This document shows, in pieces, positions 12,601 through 25,370 of a DNA stretch of 64,000 bases. How positions within the stretch are numbered: the first letter of the stretch is position 1; each line of letters begins with the position of its first letter. Below the pieces are notes generated by a model. That model ran no database searches, was not told the DNA's origin, and saw nothing but the letters and a program-made list of their open reading frames with translations. This DNA comes from Octopus sinensis (taxonomy: Eukaryota): contig NC_043019.1 in NCBI RefSeq assembly GCF_006345805.1, positions 23,063,360 through 23,127,359 of the forward strand. Reading direction: 5' to 3'. A program made the translations under genes and the position numbers.

Positions 12601-13172
12601 TCATCTAGTTGTTATGTTATAATTTCCTGAGCTATCAATTTGCTTTAGTTTGCTAAATTTTGATGTACGTAAAATCTATCTGACATTTCTCTTTTGACTT
12701 AATTTGTTTGTTTGTTTTAAACATTTTAGCTTTGACTCGACTCAAAATGCTCTCAAATTTAGTGTCATTACAGTGTTTCTTTCAACACACACGTGCACAC
12801 ACACACACACATATATGTATGTATGTATGTACGTGTGACAAAAATGTCTTTCCGTCCTGTCTATCTTTCCCAGTTTTCAAATATCATGGTGACAAAATAT
12901 ATATGCGTGCAACTATGTAAAAAAGCAGGGAAAGAAAAGGAACAAGTAAGGAAAGCAAACCTAGTGAGCTAGAAATGTGTCAAAAAATAAACATTAATAT
13001 GACATGAATGACAGAAAAATGTTAAAATCATTGAAGTTTTTGTTTTTAATGATAATAAAAAAGAATGATCGAAATAATTTTTAAAAATGAATTCAAATAA
13101 ACAAAATATATAATAAAAATTGAATAATTTGGTAATTTTCGCTAAAATATTTATAAATGAATAAAAAAGTGA

Positions 13173-14152
13173 AGGAGTAGGCTGTGTGGTAAGTAGCTTG
13201 CTAACCAACCACATGGTTCCGGGTTCAGTCCCACTGCGTGGCATCTTGGGCAAGTGTCTTCTGCTATAGCCCCGGGCCGACCAATGCCTTGTGAGTGGAT
13301 TTGGTAGACGGAAACTGAAAGAAGCCTGTCGTATATATGTATATATATATAAGTGTGTGTGTATATGTTTGTGTGTCTGTGTTTGTCTCCCTAGCATTGT
13401 TTGACAACCGATGCTGGTGTGTTTACGTCCCCGTCACTTAGCGGTTCGGCAAAAGAGACCGATAGAATAAGTACTGGGCTTACAAAGAATAAGTCCTGGG
13501 GTCGATTTGCTCGACTAAAGGCGGTGCTCCAGCATGGCCGCAGTCAAATGACGGGAACAAGTAAAAGAGTAAAAGAGTAAGAGAGTAAAAAAAGAATTCA
13601 ATATAGGTGCTGGTGTGGCTGTGTGGTAAGAAGTTTGCTTCTCAACCACATGGTTCTGGGTTCAATCCCACTGTATGGTACCTACTAAAGCTTTAGGCTG
13701 ACCAAAGCATTGTGAGTGGATTTGGCAGATGGAAACTGAAAGAAGCTTGTCATATGTATTAGTGTGTGTGTTTTTGTGTGTGCATTTGTGTTTGTGTGTG
13801 TGAACATGTGTGCGTGTGTATGTGTGCATGTGCATATATATGTATAGTTTTGTGTGCGTGGCTTTGTGTCTGTGTTTGTCCCCCCCACCACCACCACCAC
13901 TTGACAACCAGTGTTGGTATCTTTTTTTCCTTTTCTTTTTTACTTGTTTCAGTCATTTGACTGTGGCCATGCTGGAACACTGCCTATAGTCAAGCAAATC
14001 GGTCCCAGGACTTATTCTTTAGAAGTCTAGTACTTATTCTATCAGTTTCTTTTGCCAAACTGCTAAGTTAAGGGGACATAAACACACCAGCATCGGTTGT
14101 CAAGCGATGTTGGGGGGACAAACACAGACACACAAGCATATACACATACACA

Positions 14153-14210
<58 letters not shown>

Positions 14211-14368
14211 TACATATATACGACAGGCTTCTTTCAGTTTCCATCTACCAAATCCACTCACAAGGCTTTGGTCAGCCTGAGGCTATAGTAGAAGAGACTT
14301 GCCCTAGGTGCCACGCAGTGGGAATGAACCCAGAACCATGTGGTTGGTAAGCAAGCTACTTACCACTT
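13173..14368. mobile_element. Cluster of three SINE B copies: 13173-13590 (+), ~13605-13925 (+, degenerate), ~13935-14368 (-)
   Basis: Family B head, CORE-like and tail motifs, each with its own internal microsatellite. Confidence 0.88.
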
Positions 14369-14949
14369 CCATAATTTAGCAGTTTGACAAAAGAAACTGA
14401 AAGAATAAGTACTAAGTTTACAGGGGGGGGGAGAGTACTGGGGTTAATTCATTTGACTAAATATTCTTCAAGGCAGTGCCCCAGCATGGCAGTGCCCCAG
14501 CATGGCTGTGGTCTAATAACTGCAAAATGTAAAAGATAAAAAAATACATGGTTGAGACGAATGAAATTTTTAAAAAAAAGACAAAAAGCAAGAAGAAAAG
14601 AATGAGAAAAATGAACTGACCTATTGAATAAAGGCCAAAGGCAGGCAGAAATCAATAAAGAATGGGGGGGGGGAGAAATCACAAAATTGGTCCCCTTGAG
14701 GAAGAGCAGCTGCAGTTAAACTCCAAGTCAACTCAACTGAGCAAGCTTGCAATCAAAAGCCATTCAGCCATGACAATCCTGTTGTTTTTATACTTGTTAT
14801 GAAAAAGAGCACTCAAATCTGTTGGAAATTTTTGATAATCAAAATATTTATTCTTTTCATAAATGAAAACCTGAGAGAGTTTGAAGATTATGGTGCTTGT
14901 ATTGGTGTAGTGGTAAGCAACAGTCAAAATGTTAGTTGGTCTTTGTGTG

Positions 14950-15345
14950 TTGCTTTTGCTGTTGCTGTTGCTGTTGAGCAAACAGTCTTTGTCCCAGAGC
15001 TCGCAAGATGGGAGAAGTCCGAAACATGGTCCTTTGCTATTCGTAAGACCCGCAGAAGAGAAAGCAGGTCAACCCCTGACACCGAGAGCATCGACAGATG
15101 GATGAACGCGCATCCAGGCTCAGCGGTTGCGTAGGAAGTCGGGGACAAGAAACAGGAAGAAAGAGTGAGAGAAAGTTGGAGCGAAAGAGTAAAACAGGGG
15201 TCTCCACCACCCCCTGCCGGAGCCTCGTGGAGCTTTTTAGGTGTTTTCGCTCAATAAACACACACAACGCCCAGTCTGGGAATTGAAACCGCGATCCTCC
15301 GACCGCGAGTCCGCTGCCCTAACCACTGGGCGATTGCGCCTCCAC
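14950..15345 (-). mobile_element. SINE family D, body variant 1 (tRNA-Arg-like head), (AACAGC)n tail
   Basis: Minus strand GGAGGCGCAATCGCCCAGTGGTTAGGGCAGCGGACTCGCGGTCGGAGGATCGCGGTTTCAATTCCCAGAC...ACTTTCTCTCACTCTTTCTTCC; head shared with 22570 and 33198. Confidence 0.85.
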
Positions 15346-15839
15346 TGCTTTTGCTGTTCGTCCATTGTGGGTAGCTGCTGGTTGTGCTACTATCTTGGGA
15401 TGTCTCTTGTTCATTGTCTGTTCATTGCTTTTGTGTTGTTCCAGCTCTTGTATCAGTTTCCATCTGTCATTTGTCTCAGAGGTATGAGCTGTGCTGAATA
15501 TACAGTGGTGGTCTTGGTCAGAAAGAAGCATGCCAAAAGATGAAATTGCTGTTGGGGCCAATTCCATGCAGTCTTGATTGGTCAAATATTTGTTTTAATG
15601 TTGGTAATATTCCAATGAATCATAACATCGGATAAAGTAATCTAATTGCTAAATATTCCAGCTACATATCTCTGAGGGCAACATAGTCTAATGTATCCTT
15701 CACTTAATAAAATGATAGCATATTTTTGAGGGAAATTTGGTTGCTATTTCTAATAGGACAAGTGACTAAATAGAGGATGACACTTTGGTTCAAATTTCCT
15801 CTTGTTTGCTGGACTCTGTTCATAATATTTAAAGTAGTG

Positions 15840-16143
15840 TCATCATCATCATCATCATCATTGTTCGACCGTGGTCGAGACAATGGTATTTACCATGCTA
15901 TACCAGACTTCACGGTCTATCATGGCATTACGGAGGTCCTGTTGCTGGATGCCTGTATCCCTGGAGATTACATCAGAGTAGGAGAGTGTGCGCCCTCTGG
16001 TATTGCGAGTAGATGGCTTCCAGAGGAGAAGAGTAGAAATTACCTAGTTTTCAGCTCTACAACAATGTCCAGCAAACTGGACTCTTCTACCTTTCACAAG
16101 AGATGACACAGGTGGTAGTTTCCCATATATTTGCATTTTGGTT
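15840..16143 (-). mobile_element. RTE-superfamily LINE 3' end with (ATG)n tail
   Basis: Near-identical to 52073-52375; minus-strand ISRDTGIQQQDLRNAM.DREVW. Confidence 0.85.
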
Positions 16144-16221
16144 GTGTCAGTTCAGTGCTGGCAGTAGTGATAGCGATGATAGTGCTGTTGTCATTGCTGG
16201 TGGTGGTGCTAGTAATGTTGT

Positions 16222-16545
16222 TATGTTTGTTAGTGTGAAAGTGCATGGCTTAGTGGTCAGGGCATTTGGCTCCCAATCGTAATGATATGAGTTCAATTCC
16301 CAGTGACACATCATATCCCTGAGCAAGAAGCTTTCTTTTGCATTGCTCCAGTTCACTCAGCTGGCAAAAATGAATTGTACCTGTAATTCTTACTGCTAGC
16401 TTTGACACATTCTGTGTTACACTGAATCTACATGGGAACTATGTTAAGGGTACACATGTCTGTGGAGTGCTCAACCACATTAATTTCACGAGCCAGCTAT
16501 TCCATTGATCAGCTCAACTGGAACCTTCATCATTGTAACTGACCA
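16222..16545 (+). mobile_element. Degenerate tRNA-derived SINE family G
   Basis: TGGCTTAGTGGTCAG A-box-like and GAGTTCAATTCC B-box-like motifs, CCCTGAGCAAG...TTGCTCCAGTTCACTCAGCTGGCAAAAATGAA; a related head lies at ~51975-52030 (-). Confidence 0.65.
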
Positions 16546-17123
16546 AGTGTCAGGTTGTTTCTGTTGGTGGCAGTGGTCGTGAAGGTGGTGGCAGTAATGT
16601 GGTGTTGTCGGAGATGAAGTTGTTGATGTTGGCAATGATAGTGCAGCAGCTGTTATGGAGGTGATGGTGATATTGGTAGTGGTGGTCATGGTATTGTTGC
16701 TGTTATAGTTAGAATGTTGGTTATGATGGTGGTGCTAATGCTGGTTGTAGTAATATTGGTAACGATGTAGTTGTGACGGTGGTGGAAGTGGTGCTAATGT
16801 TGTTGGTGATGGTTAAGTGGTAGTGATGGTCATGTGGTGCTGATGGTTGTGTGGTTGCAATGGTTGTGAAGTGTTGTTGTGGTAGTGATTATGGCAATAA
16901 TAATGATGATATTGTTGATAGTGATGGCTATGGTGTTATTGTTGTTGATAGTGTCATTGGAGTTGTTGTTGGTGGTGGTGGTGTTATTGTTGTTGATATG
17001 GTGGTAGTGGTATTGGTGGAGGTAGTAGTGGTGTTCAGAGGTTGTGCTTTTCATTTGGATTAAATCCCAAAGTTTATAGAACGCTGAAGCTTTTGGTGTA
17101 ATCTGGATAGGGAAAGACAAAAG

Positions 17124-17157
<34 letters not shown>

Positions 17158-17422
17158 GAACTGAGAGAGAGAGAGAGAGAGCCAGACAGGAAGAAGAGAG
17201 AGTTGGGGAAAGAAAGAGGAGGTTTGAGAAGGAAAGAAAACCTTATAGACATAGAGAACAAGAGGAAGTGAGAGAGAGGGGGAGAGAGTGAGAAGGAAGA
17301 TAAATAAAAATTAATTATAAAAGGATTAAAAACTGCTTTAAAAAAAAATAGAAAAACAAACTCATTGATTAGATTTCAACTATTTGAAGAAGAAATATTT
17401 CTAATTAGTTTTCTGCTGCTGC

Positions 17423-17454
<32 letters not shown>

Positions 17455-17676
17455 TTGTTGTTGTTTATGTTGTTGTTGATGATGATCATCATCATTTAAT
17501 TATTTGATTATTTGTTAATGTATTCATTTGTTATTTGAAACTATGATTGAGACTTGGAAAAGAAATGGGGTTTTTTTCTCTTGTTTATTTGTAGTTTGTT
17601 GTTATTTCCGCAATGTGTTAAAAGGGACAGATTAGATGTTGGTAGACTAGTCATAGTATATAGATAAGTGGGTGGA

Positions 17677-18074
17677 ACTCAGTCATGGCTGTCAGACAAT
17701 TTCTGCAACCACATCACCCCCAACATTTGGCCACCTAACTCCCCAGACTGCAACCCCTTTGATTATTATGTGTGGGGCACAGTTGAGTGAGAAACCAACA
17801 GAACTCCTTGTAACACCAAAGATGAAGTGAAGGCAAGAATTATGGCAGCATTCACCAACTTAAACAAGGAGACCATCAAGAAGAGTTGCAGGAGATTCTG
17901 AAGTCGTCTGAAGGCTGTGGTTGAAGCCAATGGCAATTTTATTGAATAAATTTACTCTTTGGTATTTCAAGATATTTTTATATAATTTTGGTAAATATAT
18001 TTGTTAAAATGAGATATCAATGTTATTTTCATTTTTGCATAATTTAGACGACAGTTTAATCATCGCACCCTGTA
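17677..18074 (+). mobile_element. Tc1/mariner (maT/DD37D-like) transposase C-terminus plus right TIR
   Basis: TQSWLSDNFCNHITPNIWPPNSPDCNPFDYYVWGTVE*ETN...SCRRF*SRLKAVVEANGNFIE* (17677-17949); ends ...CACCCTG-TA; both internal stops are TGA at likely CGA codons. Confidence 0.85.
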
Positions 18075-18539
18075 TATTTATATATATATAAAACAGGATT
18101 TGTGTGTGTGTGTGTGTGTGTGTGTGTTTGTGTTTGTTGTGTGTGTTGTGTGTGTGTGTGTGAGTGTGTGTGTGTACATTTTCCTTATGCATTCGAAAAC
18201 TTAGTTGTTGATTTTGACGCAGGAATATCAAAGGGTTCAGTAATCTTTGGGCTACCAAATAAATGTTATTTTCGTTTACATATTTGCATTACAAAAATTT
18301 AACATTATAATCTTTCTATAAGTCAACTGTCGTAAACGACATTTTATACCACCACCACCACCACCATGACGTCACATCTATATCTATATATTATCAGACG
18401 TCTGTGTATTTGTATGTTTGTGCATAATGTCAATGATGGAGTGAGAGGGAAAAGAAAGAAACAGAGGAGCAAAGTGAGGAAGTGGCTCTTTACTTCTTCC
18501 CCTTCATCACGTATTTTTGATTGAGGGAGAAATGTAAAT

Positions 18540-18560
18540 AGTGTGTGTGAGTGATTAGAA

Positions 18561-18593
<33 letters not shown>

Positions 18594-18815
18594 AAAAGAG
18601 ACATAAACTAAAAGAGGAGAACTATTATAGAGGGTGAGAGAGAATTTGTGTGAGCAAGAGAGACACAGAATGAGAAAAAGACAGAGAGACAAGAGAAAGA
18701 AACAGAGTGATAACAAGTTTCTACAGGAAAAGTTGAAAGAGAGAGGGATAGCAGGAGAGAGAGAGATAGATAGAGAGAGAGAGGAGAAAGAGAGAGACAG
18801 AGAGAGAGAGAGTTG
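18540..18815. repeat. (GA)n-rich polypurine tract; similar tracts at 17120-17300 and 33890-34140
   Basis: Direct reading. Confidence 0.9.
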
Positions 18816-18914
18816 CTGATGTTTGATACTGTATGTATGTTCTATAAGTGAAGTTCAAAGAAAGTTGGCACAAAGAGAGGAGGAAAGCAAGAGAGAAAGA
18901 GATGTTGACGTTTG

Positions 18915-18951
<37 letters not shown>

Positions 18952-19099
18952 ATGTATGCATGTGTGCAGCGTTCCACAATTGTCATTTATTTCAATCACT
19001 CTTGTGAAGATATTCAAGTAACTTTCACTCGTTTCTTCATTTAATCCCCATTTTATTTTTCAAACAAGTTTCCAAGAAAAATCTTCTCACTCTCTACAA

Positions 19100-20878
19100 G
19101 AGGGGGACGAGGTAGATGTAGATGACTAGTATTCTACAGGGAAGCAAAAACGGGTACAGGTAGCCAGAGTAAAGTCACTAGAGACCCCTGCACAATGACA
19201 GCAAAGGCGTGAAAATGACTGAAGGAGAGCTGCTGCATGCAGGGCCAATGGATCACAAGAGGCAAGGGACACACAGAACAGTTACATCAACCAAATGCAA
19301 TCTGCAGGAGCCAAGGGTCAAAAAAGGAAAGAGAAAAACATTTAAAGGATGCAAGACAAAGACAAGCTGCCAGAGTTCTCTGTGAAACAGCAGGTCAACG
19401 AGAGATGAGACAAAGAAAAAACCAGGAGCAAACAGTTGCTGCCAAGATTTCACCATTCCTCAGAGGAAAGATGTAAGCATCTTCATCAAGGTAGACTGAA
19501 TGCGTTTGACAAAAAGAGTTGCACCTTTTAAGGGGACTTGGAAAAGATCAGCTTTCAATTATGATCCAAAACAGGATTTATATTACAAAGAAATTAGTAT
19601 CAGAGCAATGTCAAAAGAGTGCATTTTTTAATGAAGGAAAGAAATGGGAAAGAGAAACCACTACTATGTGTTGTGGTCGGGGAATGGTTGTTTCATTGAC
19701 CTTTGGTACACCCCAGATACTTTGAAGGCATTGCTTTTGGGAAACACAGCAAGGAGCATGCACTTCTTGAAAAATATTAGGGATTATAATTCTGCTTTCT
19801 AAATGACCCCTTTTCGTAGCAATATTAAAGTCAATACCACCATGACTGATATCCAATCTACAGTGGAGAAGGCTAGCCATTGGATTTGGTTAAAAAGAGA
19901 CGATGAGCGATGGCTAGAAGTATATTGAGTTCTTCATAACCAGCTGATCTAGCAAGCGGGGCCTCATATCAGTGAGGGGGGCCGGTGCGCATTGATGCCG
20001 TCGAGAGGTAGGCCCCGAAATGGCACGCATTCTTCCTGATGACCCCATACACTTGCTAGCTTCCGATATACGGAGCTTTTAACTGGTAGCACTTGCATGT
20101 GCAAGTTGTTTGCAAGACATATAAGAGAAGAGAACATGAAGCCAACTTTTAGAGTTCAAGGTCAAGTATACTATTGTAATGGTTCTTTATTATCAACTGA
20201 AGGCAAAAATCCTCAGTTTTTACAGCTATATTTTGTGTCAAATTACAAGGATCAGGCTTTGCAACAGTCATTTAACCTTCCAAATTTGAAAGAAGAGTTA
20301 ATCTTTCATCTGCAAGATATGTTGCAGATGAACAATAGCTACATCAGAAGCTTTGAGTATGCATTGGAATCTGCACCATCCACTGAATACAAGGTAGTTA
20401 TTGATGCAGACAAAAAGCCTATTGCTGAGCACAGAGGCCACTACAAAGCCCCACCACAAAGGAAATAGCAGCAATTATTACAGGCGACGAGTATGGGAAA
20501 AGAGAGATTATTATTCAAGGAAAAGGAAATATGATTCAGCAGATAAATGCAACCCACTGATCAAATGATGCACTCCAGTATCCATTAATCTGTGTATTTG
20601 GCATAGATGGATATCACTTTAGGATAAAAAAGAAACAGATACGTAATTTCCTTCAACACATGTTATAGAATTTATCTCCCTTCATAAAAGTGGTAAATTT
20701 TGTATTTTGGTTTTTTTTATTATTTTTTTTTTTTTGTATTATGAATTCAGAATTGATTTCTTAATTGGAGAATAAATTGAATTTAGAATAACATATTTCT
20801 TTACAACATATTTTGCTTTTTTCTTCCAATATATAAGGAACAATTTCATTCCTGGGCAAAACCGATTGCCTCTGCTAG
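19100..20878 (+). mobile_element. Internally deleted Helitron: RepHel N-terminal coding remnants plus 3' terminus
   Basis: WKRSAFNYDP, KWERETTTMCCGRG, FL.NIRDYNSAF*MTPF, KPTFRVQGQVYY..GSLL, FLQLYF, DADKKPIAEHRG, DALQYPLI..G.DGYHF; 3' end CCTGGGCAAAACCGATTGCCTCTG-CTAG|T at 20875-20878. Confidence 0.88.
19835..20112 (+). mobile_element. 3' end of an RLE-type (HERO-like) LINE inserted into the Helitron
   Basis: TDIQSTVEKASHWIWLKRDDERWLEVY* (19845-19928) resembles the AE(K/R)AS.W.WLKR C-terminus of HERO-clade elements; a GC-rich structured 3' UTR follows; Helitron coding resumes afterwards. Confidence 0.6.
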
Positions 20879-20882
20879 TATA

Positions 20883-20914
<32 letters not shown>

Positions 20915-20954
20915 CATACACACACACACACACACACATATATGTATACACACA

Positions 20955-21050
20955 GATAGATAGTTAGAAGCACAGAAAGACAGACAGACAGACAGGCAGG
21001 CAGGCAGACAGACAGACACATAGATAGACAGACAGACAAACAGATGGATT

Positions 21051-21111
<61 letters not shown>

Positions 21112-21230
21112 GCAGACAGATGGCTAGATAGCTAGCTAGCTAGATAGAGAGATAGAGAGATTGATAGATAGAGAGATAGACAGACAGATAGACAGATAGA
21201 CAGATAGATAGACAGGTAAATAAATAGATA
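20955..21230. repeat. (GATA)n/(GACA)n tetranucleotide array
   Basis: Direct reading. Confidence 0.92.
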
Positions 21231-21548
21231 CTCCTTTCTCTTTTACTTGTTTCAGTCATTGGACAGTGGCAGGGCTGGGGCACCATTGGTGACAACCTCA
21301 CAGGAATACAATCGACCAATGGAACTCAAAGACCAATGGAACTCAAAGAAATATATCACACCCGGAACCAACTCCTGAATATGATCTATGGTTTATTTTG
21401 GACTTGGTAGTTGTATGTATGTATGTATGTATGTGCGTGTGTGTGTGTGTATGTATGTATGTATGTATGTATGTGTGTGTGTGTGTATGTATGTATATAT
21501 GTATGTTTGTATGTATGTATGTTTGTATGTATGTATGTTTGTATGTAT

Positions 21549-21589
<41 letters not shown>

Positions 21590-22569
21590 TAATGTTTTCT
21601 TGATGAGACCTCAGATGAAACAAAATACATTTTGTCAAAGTTGAACAGAGACAAGTGCATGTGTCTATATGTTTATCTTTCCCTTTATCTATCTCTCTCT
21701 CTCTTTTTCTCTCTCTCTATGTGTGTGTGTATATGTGTGTGAGTGTATATGTATATGTATATATACACACATATACACACTTGTGTGTTTGCACAGACAT
21801 ACATGTACACACATTCACATAAAATTTCATGTCTTCAAAATATTGAATACTAGACTATACATATATACATACATGCATGACAACATAACTTATTCTATAT
21901 ATAATGCAACATACCACATACATGCACATACACACAGACACACACACACACACATACAAATAGACACACACACACACACACCATAACCTATATTTTGAAC
22001 TGTTATTTATGACCAACATTAATTGTCGAAAGTCAAACATAAATTTACTGCCAGTTATAATCTACAGTACTTTTAGTTGTCATATCCTAATTTATGTACA
22101 TGTATGCACACACACACACACACACACATGCACACATGCATGCACACATACATACAGATGCATACATGCAAGCATACAGATACTGTAATTCAGTAAGTTT
22201 ATTTGTAGGGAGATTTAGCTGCTATTTCTTGCTGGTTGAGAGACTGCATAGAGGCTTCCCTGTTGAGGCAATATTTATGTTATGCATATAGATGTAAGTA
22301 TCTATATGTACATATATAAGTGTGCATATATACATATATGTGTGTATACATACATGTATGTGTGTGAGTATGTCTGCTGGTGTGTATGTATGTATGTGTG
22401 TGAGTATGTAGGTCAAAATCTTCGGAAATGGATAGAAATGACCATTCTTTAGATGGTCAATAATGGAGGAAAGCAGTGCATGATGGGAGGAGGGAATTTG
22501 AGCAAAGTCATATCAGATATGGAAGCTTAAGTGAGCTGTTCATAAGTGTCTGTATGTGAATTTACCCGA

Positions 22570-22880
22570 GGTGGAGGCACATGGCCTAGTAGTTAGAGCA
22601 ACGGACTCGCGGTCAAGGGATCGCGGGTTCGAATCTCAGACCGGGCGATGTGTGTGTTTATGAGCGAAACACCTAAGCTCCACGTGGCTCCGGCAGAAGG
22701 TAATGGCGAAACTTCTGCTGACTCTTTCTCCACAACTTTCTCTCACTCTTTCCTCCTGCATCTTGCAGCTCACCTGCGACGGACCGGTGTCCCGTCCAGG
22801 TGGGGAACCTATACGCCAAGAAACCAGGAAACCGACCCTTATGAGCCAGGCATGGCTCGAGAAGGAACAAACAACAACAA
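22570..22880 (+). mobile_element. SINE family D, body variant 2, (AAC)n tail
   Basis: Head GGAGGCACATGGCCTAGTAGTTAGAGC...GGGTTCGAATCTC; body CCTGCGACGGACCGGTGTCCCGTCCAGG...GAAACC...TATGAGCC...TGGCTCG. Confidence 0.85.
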
Positions 22881-22938
22881 TCTACCTGAGTGTGATGGCA
22901 CACAAGCCAATTTGATATTTAACAACTGTGAGCATGTC

Positions 22939-23230
22939 TACAGGGTGGCATTAAAAAGTTCCTGGACTAGTTTTGTAGCATGCCAACAGATGGCAGCACA
23001 GTTGCATGCACAGTGAGGGATAGCAGTGACCTTCATGAGGGGCAGTGCACTGAGTGACGTCACTGGGTTTACTTCACAAGTTGTGAAATTTGTAATTTTT
23101 TTGATCACATGTATGCTGTAGTCTGTGATTTTGTCATGGACATTCACACATGCTCTTCTACAAGCTAACATTTCTAATACCAATTATCTGTTGTCAGTCT
23201 CCTTTGACACATCGAAAATTAACTGATAAA
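22939..23230 (+). mobile_element. Mariner-like left end / non-coding remnant
   Basis: TA|CAGGGTGGCATTAAAAAGTTCCTGGACT resembles mariner TIRs; no matching right end found. Confidence 0.5.
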
Positions 23231-23410
23231 TTCACCATTTTGGCCAGATTCTATCATTGGTTTTATCATTGCTTTATCGTTGTTGTTGTTGTTATTGTTG
23301 TTGCTGTTGCTAATGTTTCCCACTCATAAGATACTGTTGTGGTAAATAAATGAAATCATTATTATCACTGTTATTGCTGCTGCTGCTGCTGCTGCTGTTG
23401 TTGTTGTTGT

Positions 23411-23441
<31 letters not shown>

Positions 23442-24294
23442 ATTCCCGCTCAAAAGGTCCCTGAATAAGGGTTGTTTAAGGATGTTGAACGAAACACCCA
23501 TGTTTCCAAAGGTTGATTATTCAAACCCCAAAGAATCCCTCTCAACACATAGCTATGATGCTCCCCCACTACTTCTGCTTGTTTTTATTATTGTTTTTTT
23601 TTCCTTCTTTCTTCAAATTTCTTCCGTTTCTTGCCAAGTGTTTTCCATACACCTAGGGCAGAGAAGCTCATTGTATGCATTCCCAGATTACACACGCAAA
23701 TTCACAGGTAAAATATGTATTTAAGAAAAATTAATAAACAAATAAATTCATGAATGGATGTTGTTTTCACAGCAATAATGCTCTTCTCAGTACATGAGTC
23801 GTTCCAGTTAACATTATTTTTTGCACTTCCTGTAAGCCTGGTATCGCCGTCGTCGTCGTCGTCGTCCTTTCATCCTTTCGGGGTCAATAAAATGCATACC
23901 AGCTGAGCATTGGAGTCAATTTAATCAACTAAGTAAGCCCCTCTCCCAAACTTACTGGCTTTTTGTCGACCCTTTTGGAATCGATAAAGAAAGTACAAGT
24001 TGATGACTGGGGTCATTGTAATCAACTTAATCCCCTCCCTCCAACTTGCAGGCCTTGTGCCAAAACTTGAAACCATTATGATGAGGGGCAATGAGCTAGC
24101 AGAATCGATCCCATATTGGACAAATGTCTTAGCAGTATTTCTTCTGGTTTTTTTCATTCTGATTTCAAATGCCGCCACAGTCAACTTTGCCTTTCATCCT
24201 TCCAAGGGGTCAATAAAATAAATAAGTCCCATAGGAGTCAATGTAATTAACTTACTCTTTCCCTGAAATTGCTGGCCATGTGCCAAAATTTGAA

Positions 24295-24341
<47 letters not shown>

Positions 24342-24531
24342 CATCATTATTATTATTATTGATACACCCCTTTCATCAGATGTTCCTGAGGCAAATGAAA
24401 GAAATTTTTGTTGTTATTGATGTTGTTGTTTAGAAATTATAATTATCATCATCCTCACCACACCTCCACCACCATCATCATCATCATCATCATCATCATT
24501 ACTGCTGCTGCTGCTGCTGTTCTTCTTCTTC

Positions 24532-24581
<50 letters not shown>

Positions 24582-25114
24582 GCGGTTTGTATGCATTTGA
24601 AAAATGTTCAGTTCTGCTTCTAATTCTTTCATTTTCATTTTATTTCTTTATTTCTTTTGGTGGGAGATAGGAATATTCCAACAAAGAACAATAACCAAAA
24701 GCTATAAACATATGGAGTCTTTCAGATAGCAGACCAGTTCTCTCAACAGGAAATTAATTAGGTGCTGACCAACACTGAATTTAAAAATATGAAATGAAAG
24801 AAATAGAAATGATATACAAATTAACAAAAAAAAAACACACACACAAAAAAAATCAACAAAACGACATTGTCAGCTTTTTATCTCAAAGCTCTTCTTACAC
24901 AATATGAAGATGTTTGGTGGGGGCAAGGAGATGGTGGGGAGCAAGGAGATGGTGGGTGGCTGACTTTTATGGTCGGGACTGGAACTTGGCAGCAGGTTGT
25001 GAAAGAAGTCTGCTGTTACAGTGCTAGACTCAAAGTGAAAAACCATTTATAGGTTTATATATTATTTCCTATATATAGAAATGCATACACATATATATAC
25101 ATTATCATCATCAT

Positions 25115-25370
25115 CGTCATCATTTAACAGCCATTTTCCATGCTGGCATGGGTTAGAGGATTTGACCGGGACCTGCAAGCCAGAGAACTTCTCCAGGCTC
25201 CAATCGTCTCTTTTGGCTTGGTTTCTATGGCAGGATTCCCCCTCCTAATATCAACCACTTTACATAGTGTACTGGGTATCTTTTATGGGTCACCAGCAAG
25301 TGGGCCTTTTATGTGTCACTGACACAAGCAATCACCACGATTCACTTAGCTTGATGTGTCTTCACAAGTA
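25115..25370 (-). mobile_element. Degenerate SINE C-type tail
   Basis: (CAT)n then TTTAACAGCCATTTTCCATGCTGGCATGGGTT, the reverse complement of the family C 3' end. Confidence 0.7.

Noticed and set aside
22570-22645. tRNA-Arg gene
   Set aside because: No acceptor stem or proper anticodon arm; continues into a SINE body, and the head is shared with two other SINE copies.
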